Below, piece after piece: positions 13,201 through 25,481 of a stretch of 64,000 nt of DNA. Position 1 is the first letter of the stretch. Each line of letters begins with the position of its first letter. The notes below the pieces were generated by a model. That model made no database searches and was not told where the DNA came from. It saw only the letters and a list, made by a program, of their open reading frames with translations. A program made the translations under genes and the position numbers. Location of the stretch: contig OZ059897.1 in the NCBI GenBank assembly GCA_964057225.1, positions 21,328,001-21,392,000 of the forward strand. Direction: 5' to 3'. Source of the DNA: Auanema rhodensis. Taxonomy: Eukaryota > Animalia > Nematoda.

Positions 13201-16200
13201 GTGAAAGATAAAGAGATGCGGTTTTCAAAATTAGATTCCCCATGTCCATATTAGTCTAAAAACAAATTTTTATTGATATTGGTGCATGGTAACCATGACT
13301 TTGAAATTTACGTGAACTTTAATTTATGCTAATTAAATGTACACGTGATGTGCACTTGGTATGGAACTCGCTTCACGTGAAAGATAAAGAGATGCGGTTT
13401 TCAAAATTAGATTCCCCATGTCCATATTAGTCTAAAAACAAATTTTTATTGATATTGGTTCATGGTAACCATGACTTTGAAATTTACGTGAACTTTAATT
13501 TATGCTAATTAAATGTACACGTGATGTGCACTTGGTATGTAACTCGCTTCACGTGAAAGATAAAGAGATTCGGTTTTCAAAATTAGATTCCCCATGTCCA
13601 TATTAGTCTAAAAACAAATTTTTATTGATATTGGTGCATGGTAACCATGACTTTGAAATTTACGTGAACTTTAATTTATGCTAATTAAATGTACACGTGA
13701 TGTGCACTTGGTATGTAACTCGCTTCACGAGAAAGATAAAGAGATGCGGTTTTCAAAATTAGATTCCCCATGTCCATATTAGTCTAAAAACAAATTTTTA
13801 TTGATATTGGTTCATGGTAACCATGACTTTGAAATTTACGTGAACTTTAATTTATGCTAATTAAATGTACACGTGATGTGCACTTGGTATGTAACTCGCT
13901 TCACGTGAAAGATAAAGAGATGCGGTTTTCAAAATTAGATTCCCCATGTCCATATTAGTCTAAAAACAAATTTTTATCGATATTGGTTCATGGTAACCAT
14001 GACTTTGAATTTTACGTGAACTTTAATTTATGCTAATTAAATGTACACGTGATGTGCACTTGGTATGTAACTCGCTTCACGTGAAAGATAAAGAGATTCG
14101 GTTTTCAAAATTAGATTCCCCATGTCCATATTAGTCTAAAAACAAATTTTTATCGATATTGGTTCATGGTAACCATGACTTTGAAATTTACGTGAACTTT
14201 AATTTATGCTAATTAAATGTACACGTGATGTGCACTTGGTATGTAACTCGCTTCACGTGAAAGATAAAGAGATGCGGTTTTCAAAATTAGATTCCCCATG
14301 TCCATATTAGTCTAAAAACAAATTTTTATTGATATTGGTGCATGGTAACCATGACTTTGAAATTTACGTGAACTTTAATTTATGCTAATTAAATGTACAC
14401 GTGATGTGCACTTGGTATGTAACTCGCTTCACGAGAAAGATAAAGAGATGCGGTTTTCAAAATTAGATTCCCCATGTCCATATTAGTCTAAAAACAAATT
14501 TTTATTGATATTGGTTCATGGTAACCATGACTTTGAAATTTACGTGAACTTTAATTTATGCTAATTAAATGTACACGTGATGTGCACTTGGTATGTAACT
14601 CGCTTCACGTGAAAGATAAAGAGATGCGGTTTTCAAAATTAGATTCCCCATGTCCATATTAGTCTAAAAACAAATTTTTATTGATATTGGTTCATGGTAA
14701 CCATGACTTTGAAATTTACGTGAACTTTAATTTATGCTAATTAAATGTACACGTGATGTGCACTTGGTATGTAACTCACTTCACGTGAAAGATAAAGAGA
14801 TGCGGTTTTCAAAATTAGATTCCCCATGTCCATATTAGTCTAAAAACAAATTTTTATTGATATTGGTGCATGGTAACCATGACTTTGAAATTTACGTGAA
14901 CTTTAATTTATGCTAATTAAATGTACACGTGATGTGCACTTGGTATGTAACTCGCTTCACGAGAAAGATAAAGAGATGCGGTTTTCAAAATTAGATTCCC
15001 CATGTCCATATTAGTCTAAAAACAAATTTTTATTGATATTGGTTCATGGTAACCATGACTTTGAAATTTACGTGAACTTTAATTTATGCTAATTAAATGT
15101 ACACGTGATGTGCACTTGGTATGTAACTCGCTTCACGTGAAAGATAAAGAGATGCGGTTTTCAAAATTAGATTCCCCATGTCCATATTAGTCTAAAAACA
15201 AATTTTTATTGATATTGGTTCATGGTAACCATGACTTTGAAATTTACGTGAACTTTAATTTATGCTAATTAAATGTACACGTGATGTGCACTTGGTATGT
15301 AACTCGCTTCACGTGAAAGATAAAGAGATGCGGTTTTCAAAATTAGATTCCCCATGTCCATATTAGTCTAAAAACAAATTTTTATCGATATTGGTTCATG
15401 GTAACCATGACTTTGAAATTTACGTGAACTTTAATTTATGCTAATTAAATGTACACGTGATGTGCACTTGGTATGTAACTCGCTTCACGTGAAAGATAAA
15501 GAGATTCGGTTTTCAAAATTAGATTCCCCATGTCCATATTAGTCTAAAAACAAATTTTTATCGATATTGGTTCATGGTAACCATGACTTTGAAATTTACG
15601 TGAACTTTAATTTATGCTAATTAAATGTACACGTGATGTGCACTTGGTATGTAACTCGCTTCACGTGAAAGATAAAGAGATGCGGTTTTCAAAATTAGAT
15701 TCCCCATGTCCATATTAGTCTAAAAACAAATTTTTATTGATATTGGTGCATGGTAACCAAGACTTTGAAATTTACGTGAACTTTAATTTATGCTAATTAA
15801 ATGTACACGTGATGTGCACTTGGTATGTAACTCGCTTCACGTGAAAGATGAAGAGATGCGGTTTTCAAAATTAGATTCCCCATGTCCATATTAGTCTAAA
15901 AACAAATTTTTATTGATATTGGTTCATGGTAACCATGACTTTGAAATTTACGTGAACTTTAATTTATGCTAATTAAATGTACACGTGATGTGCACTTGGT
16001 ATGTAACTCGCTTCACGTGAAAGATAAAGAGATGCGGTTTTCAAAATTAGATTCCCCATGTCCATATTAGTCTAAAAACAAATTTTTATCGATATTGGTT
16101 CATGGTAACCATGACTTTGAAATTTACGTGAACTTTAATTTATGCTAATTAGATGTACACGTGATGTGCACTTGGTATGTAACTCGCTTCACGTGAAAGA

Positions 16201-19200
16201 TAAAGAGATGCGGTTTTCAAAATTAGATTCCCCATGTCCATATTAGTCTAAAAACAAATTTTTATTGATATTGGTGCATGGTAACCATGACTTTGAAATT
16301 TACGTGAACTTTAATTTATGCTAATTAAATGTACACGTGATGTGCACTTGGTATGTAACTCGCTTCACGAGAAAGATAAAGAGATGCGGTTTTCAAAATT
16401 AGATTCCCCATGTCCATATTAGTCTAAAAACAAATTTTTATTGATATTGGTTCATGGTAACCATGACTTTGAAATTTACGTGAACTTTAATTTATGCTAA
16501 TTAAATGTACACGTGATGTGCACTTGGTATGTAACTCGCTTCACGTGAAAGATAAAGAGATGCGGTTTTCAAAATTAGATTCCCCATGTCCATATTAGTC
16601 TAAAAACAAATTTTTATCGATATTGGTTCATGGTAACCATGACTTTGAAATTTACGTGAACTTTAATTTATGCTAATTAAATGTACATGTGATGTGCACT
16701 TGGTATGTAACTCGCTTCACGTGAAAGATAAAGAGATGCGGTTTTCAAAATTAGATTCCCCATGTCCATATTAGTCTAAAAAAAAATTTTTATTGATATT
16801 GGTTCATGGTAACCATGACTTTGAAATTTACGTGAACTTTAATTTATGCTAATTAAATGTACACGTGATGTGCACTTGGTATGTAACTCGCTTCACGTGA
16901 AAGATAAAGAGATGCGGTTTTCAAAATTAGATTCCCCATGTCCATATTAGTCTAAAAACAAATTTTTATCGATATTGGTTCATGGTAACCATGACTTTGA
17001 AATTTACGTGAACTTTAATTTATGCTAATTAAATGTACACGTGATGTGCACTTGGTATGTAACTCGCTTCACGTGAAAGATAAAGAGATGCGGTTTTCAA
17101 AATTATATTCCCCATGTCCATATTAGTCTGAAAACAAATTTTTATTGATATTGGTGCATGGTAACCATGACTTTGAAATTTACGTGAACTTTAATTTATG
17201 CTAATTAAATGTACACGTGATGTGCACTTGGTATGGAACTCGCTTCACGTGAAAGATAAAGAGATGCGGTTTTCAAAATTAGATTCCCCATGTCCATATT
17301 AGTCTAAAAACAAATTTTTATTGATATTGGTTCATGGTAACCATGACTTTGAAATTTACGTGAACTTTAATTTATGCTAATTAAATGTACACGTGATGTG
17401 CACTTGGTATGTAACTCGCTTCACGTGAAAGATAAAGAGATGCGGTTTTCAAAATTATATTCCCCATGTCCATATTAGTCTGAAAACAAATTTTTATTGA
17501 TATTGGTGCATGGTAACCATGACTTTGAAATTTACGTGAACTTTAATTTATGCTAATTAAATGTACACGTGATGTGCACTTGGTATGGAACTCGCTTCAC
17601 GTGAAAGATAAAGAGATGCGGTTTTCAAAATTAGATTCCCCATGTCCATATTAGTCTAAAAACAAATTTTTATTGATATTGGTTCATGGTAACCATGACT
17701 TTGAAATTTACGTGAACTTTAATTTATGCTAATTAAATGTACACGTGATGTGCACTTGGTATGTAACTCGCTTCACGTAAAAGATAAAGAGATGCGGTTT
17801 TCAAAATTAGATTCCCCATGTCCATATTAGTCTAAAAACAAATTTTTATTGATATTGGTTCATGGTAACCATGACTTTGAAATTTACGTGAACTTTAATT
17901 TATGCTAATTAAATGTACACGTGATGTGCACTTGGTATGTAACTCGCTTCACGTGAAAGATAAAGAGATGCGGTTTTCAAAATTAGATTCCCCATGTCCA
18001 TATTAGTCTAAAAACAAATTTTTATTGATATTGGTGCATGGTAACCATGACTTTGAAATTTACGTGAACTTTAATTTATGCTAATTAAATGTACACGTGA
18101 TGTGCACTTGGTATGGAACTCGCTTCACGTGAAAGATAAAGAGATGCGGTTTTCAAAATTAGATTCCCCATGTCCATATTAGTCTAAAAACAAATTTTTA
18201 TTGATATTGGTTCATGGTAACCATGACTTTGAAATTTACGTGAACTTTAATTTATGCTAATTAAATGTACACGTGATGTGCACTTGGTATGTAACTCGCT
18301 TCACGTGAAAGATAAAGAGATTCGGTTTTCAAAATTAGATTCCCCATGTCCATATTAGTCTAAAAACAAATTTTTATTGATATTGGTGCATGGTAACCAT
18401 GACTTTGAAATTTACGTGAACTTTAATTTATGCTAATTAAATGTACACGTGATGTGCACTTGGTATGTAACTCGCTTCACGAGAAAGATAAAGAGATGCG
18501 GTTTTCAAAATTAGATTCCCCATGTCCATATTAGTCTAAAAACAAATTTTTATTGATATTGGTTCATGGTAACCATGACTTTGAAATTTACGTGAACTTT
18601 AATTTATGCTAATTAAATGTACACGTGATGTGCACTTGGTATGTAACTCGCTTCACGTGAAAGATAAAGAGATGCGGTTTTCAAAATTAGATTCCCCATG
18701 TCCATATTAGTCTAAAAACAAATTTTTATCGATATTGGTTCATGGTAACCATGACTTTGAATTTTACGTGAACTTTAATTTATGCTAATTAAATGTACAC
18801 GTGATGTGCACTTGGTATGTAACTCGCTTCACGTGAAAGATAAAGAGATTCGGTTTTCAAAATTAGATTCCCCATGTCCATATTAGTCTAAAAACAAATT
18901 TTTATCGATATTGGTTCATGGTAACCATGACTTTGAAATTTACGTGAACTTTAATTTATGCTAATTAAATGTACACGTGATGTGCACTTGGTATGTAACT
19001 CGCTTCACGTGAAAGATAAAGAGATGCGGTTTTCAAAATTAGATTCCCCATGTCCATATTAGTCTAAAAACAAATTTTTATTGATATTGGTGCATGGTAA
19101 CCATGACTTTGAAATTTACGTGAACTTTAATTTATGCTAATTGAATGTACACGTGATGTGCACTTGGTATGTAACTCGCTTCACGAGAAAGATAAAGAGA

Positions 19201-19560
19201 TGCGGTTTTCAAAATTAGATTCCCCATGTCCATATTAGTCTAAAAACAAATTTTTATTGATATTGGTTCATGGTAACCATGACTTTGAAATTTACGTGAA
19301 CTTTAATTTATGCTAATTAAATGTACACGTGATGTGCACTTGGTATGTAACTCGCTTCACGTGAAAGATAAAGAGATGCGGTTTTTAAAATTAGATTCCC
19401 CATGTCCATATTAGTCTAAAAACAAATTTTTATTGATATTGGTTCATGGTAACCATGACTTTGAAATTTACGTGAACTTTAATTTATGCTAATTAAATGT
19501 ACACGTGATGTGCACTTGGTATGTAACTCACTTCACGTGAAAGATAAAGAGATGCGGTTT
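10060..19560 (+). repeat. Near-perfect tandem duplication of a 27-monomer block (4752 bp)
   Basis: Markers offset by 4752: ccaAga 11008/15760, aattaGatg 11400/16152, tacaTgtg 11936/16688, C>A in the A-run 12031/16783, ttaTatt 12354/17106, actcAc 14778/19530. Boundaries are approximate. Confidence 0.92.
12322..13025 (+). repeat. Dimer duplication (352 bp) nested in the 27-mer; also present at about 17074-17777
   Basis: The monomer carrying ttaTatt+ctGaaa+ggtGc+tgGaac recurs at a 352-bp offset (12354/12706). Confidence 0.85.
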
Positions 19561-22500
19561 TCAAAATTAGATTCCCCATGTCCATATTAGTCTAAAAACA
19601 AATTTTTATCGATATTGGTTCATGGTAACCATGACTTTGAAATTTACGTGAACTTTAATTTATGCTAATTAAATGTACACGTGATGTGCACTTGGTATGT
19701 AACTCGCTTCACGTGAAAGATAAAAAGATTCGGTTTTCAAAATTAGATTCCCCATGTCCATATTAGTCTAAAAACAAATTTTTATCGATATTGGTTCATG
19801 GTAACCATGACTTTGAAATTTACGTGAACTTTAATTTATGCTAATTAAATGTACACGTGATGTGCACTTGGTATGTAACTCGCTTCACGTGAAAGATAAA
19901 GAGATGCGGTTTTCAAAATTAGATTCCCCATGTCCATATTAGTCTAAAAACAAATTTTTATTGATATTGGTGCATGGTAACCATGACTTTGAAATTTACG
20001 TGAACTTTAATTTATGCTAATTAAATGTACACGTGATGTGCACTTGGTATGTAACTCGCTTCACGTAAAAGATAAAGAGATTCGGTTTTCAAAATTAGAT
20101 TCCCCATGTCCATATTAGTCTAAAAACAAATTTTTATTGATATTGGTTCATGGTAACCATGACTTTGAAATTTACGTGAACTTTAATTTATGCTAATTAA
20201 ATGTACACGTGATGTGCACTTGGTATGTAACTCGCTTCACGTGAAAGATAAAGAGATGCGGTTTTCAAAATTAGATTCCCCATGTCCATATTAGTCTAAA
20301 AACAAATTTTTATCGATATTGGTTCATGGTAACCATGACTTTGAAATTTACGTGAACTTTAATTTATGCTAATTAAATGTACACGTGATGTGCACTTGGT
20401 ATGTAACTCGCTTCACGTGAAAGATAAAGAGATGCGGTTTTCAAAATTATATTCCCCATGTCCATATTAGTCTGAAAACAAATTTTTATTGATATTGGTG
20501 CATGGTAACCATGACTTTGAAATTTACGTGAACTTTAATTTATGCTAATTAAATGTACACGTGATGTGCACTTGGTATGGAACTCGCTTCACGTGAAAGA
20601 TAAAGAGATGCGGTTTTCAAAATTAGATTCCCCATGTCCATATTAGTCTAAAAACAAATTTTTATTGATATTGGTTCATGGTAACCATGACTTTGAAATT
20701 TACGTGAACTTTAATTTATGCTAATTAAATGTACACGTGATGTGCACTTGGTATGTAACTCGCTTCACGTGAAAGATAAAGAGATTCGGTTTTCAAAATT
20801 AGATTCCCCATGTCCATATTAGTCTAAAAACAAATTTTTATTGATATTGGTGCATGGTAACCATGACTTTGAAATTTACGTGAACTTTAATTTATGCTAA
20901 TTAAATGTACACGTGATGTGCACTTGGTATGTAACTCGCTCCACGTGAAAGATAAAGAGATGCGGTTTTCAAAATTAGATTCCCCATGTCCATATTAGTC
21001 TAAAAACAAATTTTTATTGATATTGGTGCATGGTAACCATGACTTTGAAATTTACGTGAACTTTAATTTATGCTAATTAAATGTACACGTGATGTGCACT
21101 TGGTATGTAACTCGCTTCACGTGAAAGATAAAGAGATTCGGTTTTCAAAATTAGATTCCCCATGTCCATATTAGTCTAAAAACAAATTTTTATTGATATT
21201 GGTGCATGGTAACCATGACTTTGAAATTTACGTGAACTTTAATTTATGCTAATTAAATGTACACGTGATGTGCACTTGGTATGTAACTCGCTTCACGAGA
21301 AAGATAAAGAGATGCGGTTTTCAAAATTAGATTCCCCATGTCCATATTAGTCTAAAAACAAATTTTTATTGATATTGGTTCATGGTAACCATGACTTTGA
21401 AATTTACGTGAACTTTAATTTATGCTAATTAAATGTACACGTGATGTGCACTTGGTATGTAACTCGCTTCACGTGAAAGATAAAGAGATGCGGTTTTCAA
21501 AATTAGATTCCCCATGTCCATATTAGTCTAAAAACAAATTTTTATTGATATTGGTTCATGGTAACCATGACTTTGAAATTTACGTGAACTTTAATTTATG
21601 CTAATTAAATGTACACGTGATGTGCACTTGGTATGTAACTCGCTTCACGTGAAAGATAAAGAGATGCGGTTTTCAAAATTAGATTCCCCATGTCCATATT
21701 AGTCTAAAAACAAATTTTTATCGATATTGGTTCATGGTAACCATGACTTTGAAATTTACGTGAACTTTAATTTATGCTAATTAAATGTACACGTGATGTG
21801 CACTTGGTATGTAACTCGCTTCACGTGAAAGATAAAGAGATGCGGTTTTCAAAATTAGATTCCCCATGTCCATATTAGTCTAAAAACAAATTTTTATTGA
21901 TATTGGTTCATGGTAACCATGACTTTGAAATTTACGTGAACTTTAATTTATGCTAATTAAATGTACACGTGATGTGCACTTGGTATGTAACTCGCTCCAC
22001 GTGAAAGATAAAGAGATGCGGTTTTCAAAATTAGATTCCCCATGTCCATATTAGTCTAAATACAAATTTTTATTGATATTGGTTCATGGTAACCATGACT
22101 TTGAAATTTACGTGAACTTTAATTTATGCTAATTAAATGTACACGTGATGTGCACTTGGTATGTAACTCGCTTCACGTGAAAGATAAAGAGATGCGGTTT
22201 TCAAAATTAGATTCCCCATGTCCATATTAGTCGAAAAACAAATTTTTATTGATATTGGTTCATGGTAACCATGACTTTGAAATTTACGTGAACTTTATTT
22301 TATGCTAATTAAATGTACACGTGATGTGCACTTGGTATGTAACTCGCTTCACGTGAAAGATAAAGAGATGCGGTTTTCAAAATTAGATTCCCCATGTCCA
22401 TATTAGTCTAAAAACAAATTTTTATTGATATTGGTGCATGGTAACCATGACTTTGAAATTTACGTGAACTTTAATTTATGCTAATTAAATGTACACGTGA

Positions 22501-25468
22501 TGTGCACTTGGTATGTAACTCGCTTCACGTAAAAAATGAAGAGATGCGGTTTTCAAAATTAGATTCCCCATGTCCATATTAGTCTAAAAACAAATTTTTA
22601 TCGATATTGGTTCATGGTAACCATGACTTTGAAATTTACGTGAACTTTAATTTATGCTAATTAAATGTACACGTGATGTGCACTTGGTATGTAACTCGCT
22701 TCACGTGAAAGATAAAGAGATGCGGTTTTCAAAATTAGATTCCCCATGTCCATATTAGTCTAAAAACAAATTTTTATTGATATTGGTTCATGGTAACCAT
22801 GACTTTGAAATTTACGTGAACTTTAATTTATGCTAATTAAATGTACACGTGATGTGCACTTGGTATGTAACTCGCTCCACGTGAAAGATAAAGAGATGCG
22901 GTTTTCAAAATTAGATTCCCCATGTCCATATTAGTCTAAAAACAAATTTTTATTGATATTGGTTCATGGTAACCATGACTTTGAAATTTACGTGAACTTT
23001 AATTTATGCTAATTAAATGTACACGTGATGTGCACTTGGTATGTAACTCGCTTCACGTGAAAGATAAAGAGATGCGGTTTTCAAAATTAGATTCCCCATG
23101 TCCATATTAGTCTAAAAACAAATTTTTATTGATATTGGTTCATGGTAACCATGACTTTGAAATTTACGTGAACTTTATTTTATGCTAATTAAATGTACAC
23201 GTGATGTGCACTTGGTATGTAACTCGCTTCACGTGAAAGATAAAGAGATGCGGTTTTCAAAATTAGATTCCCCATGTCCATATTAGTCTAAAAACAAATT
23301 TTTATTGATATTGGTGCATGGTAACCATGACTTTGAAATTTACGTGAACTTTAATTTATGCTAATTAAATGTACACGTGATGTGCACTTGGTATGTAACT
23401 CGCTTCACGTAAAAGATGAAGAGATGCGGTTTTCAAAATTAGATTTCTCATGTCCATATTAGTCTAAAAACAAATTTTTATTGATATTGGTTCATGGTAA
23501 CCATGACTTTGAAATTTACGTGAACTTTAATTTATGCTAATTAAATGTACACGTGATGTGCACTTGGTATGTAACTCGCTTCACGTGAAAGATCAAGAGA
23601 TGCGGTTTTCAAAATTAGATTCCCCATGTCCATATTAGTCTAAAAACAAATTTTTATTGATATTGGTGCATGGTAACCATGACTTTGAAATTTACGTGAA
23701 CTTTAATTTATGCTAATTAAATGTACACGTGATGTGCACTTGGTATGTAACTCGCTCCACGTGAAAGATAAAGAGATGCGGTTTTCAAAATTAGATTCCC
23801 CATGTCCATATTAGTCTAAAAACAAATTTTTATTGATATTGGTGCATGGTAACCATGACTTTGAAATTTACGTGAACTTTAATTTATGCTAATTAAATGT
23901 ACACGTGATGTGCACTTGGTATGTAACTCGCTTCACGTAAAAGATAAAGAGATGCGGTTTTCAAAATTAGATTCCCCATGTCCATATTAGTCTAAAACAA
24001 ATTTTTATTGATATTGGTTCATGGTAACCATGACTTTGAAATTTACGTGAACTTTAATTCATGCTAATTAAATGTACACGTGATGTGCACTTGGTATGTA
24101 ACTCGCTTCACGTGAAAGATAAAGAGATGCGGTTTTCAAAATTAGATTCCCCGTGTCCATATTAGTCTAAAAACAAATTTTTATTGATATTGGTGCATGG
24201 TAACCATGACTTTGAAATTTACGTGAACTTTAATTTATGCTAATTAAATGTACACGTGATGTGCACTTGGTATGGAACTCGCTTCACGTGAAAGATAAAG
24301 AGATGCGGTTTTCAAAATTAGATTCCCCATGTCCATATTAGTCTAAAAACAAATTTTTATTGATATTGGTTCATGGTAACCATGACTTTGAAATTTACGT
24401 GAACTTTAATTTATGCTAATTAAATGTACACGTGATGTGCACTTGGTATGTAACTCGCTTCACGTGAAAGATAAAGAGATTCGGTTTTCAAAATTAGATT
24501 CCCCATGTCCATATTAGTCTAAAAACAAATTTTTATTGATATTGGTGCATGGTAACCATGACTTTGAAATTTACGTGAACTTTAATTTATGCTAATTAAA
24601 TGTACACGTGATGTGCACTTGGTATGTAACTCGCTTCACGAGAAAGATAAAGAGATGCGGTTTTCAAAATTAGATTCCCCATGTACATATCAGTCTAAAA
24701 ACAAATTTTTATTGATATTGGTTCATGGTAACCATGACTTTGAAATTTACGTGAACTTTAATTTATGCTAATTAAATGTACACGTGATGTGCACTTGGTA
24801 TGTAACTCGCTTCACGTGAAAGATAAAGAGATGCGGTTTTCAAAATTAGATTCCCCATGTCCATATTAGTCTAAAAACAAATTTTTATCGATATTGGTTC
24901 ATGGTAACCATGACTTTGAAATTTACGTGAACTTTAATTTATGCTAATTAAATGTACATGTGATGTGCACTTGGTATGTAACTCGCTTCACGTGAAAGAT
25001 AAAGAGATGCGGTTTTCAAAATTAGATTCCCCATGTCCATATTAGTCTAAAAACAAATTTTTATTGATATTGGTTCATGGTAACCATGACTTTGAAATTT
25101 ACGTGAACTTTAATTTATGCTAAATAAATGTACACGTGATGTGCACTTGGTATGTAACTCGCTTCACGTGAAAGATAAAGAGATGCGGTTTTCAAAATTA
25201 GATTCCCCATGTCCATATTAGTCTAAAAACAAATTTTTATTGATATTGGTTCATGGTAACCATGACTTTGAAATTTACGTGAACTTTAATTTATGCTAAT
25301 TAAATGTACACGTGATGTGCACTTGGTATGTAACTCGCTTCACGTGAAAGATAAAGAGATGCGGTTTTCAAAATTAGATTCCCCATGTCCATATTAGTCT
25401 AAAAACAAATTTTTATCGATATTGGTTCATGGTAACCATGACTTTGAAATTTACGTGAACTTTAATTT

Positions 25469-25481
25469 TATTAGATTTTGA
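25469..25481 (+). other. Deletion junction, copy 1: 77 bp of monomer replaced by 13-nt TATTAGATTTTGA (net -64 bp, giving a 112-bp unit)
   Basis: Reads ...gaactttaattt|tattagattttga|aaaattagattcccc. Consensus positions 125-176 and 1-25 are missing. Confidence 0.95.

Noticed and set aside
24589-24771. 60-aa ORF MLIKCTRDVH...
   Set aside because: It is just over one satellite monomer. The consensus frame stops at codon 35 (TAG), and a T>C at 24691 opens it. There is no recognisable domain or gene context.
25469-25481. Transposon insertion or excision footprint at the junction
   Set aside because: There are no terminal repeats or target-site duplication flanking foreign DNA, and the insert can be built from adjacent satellite sequence.
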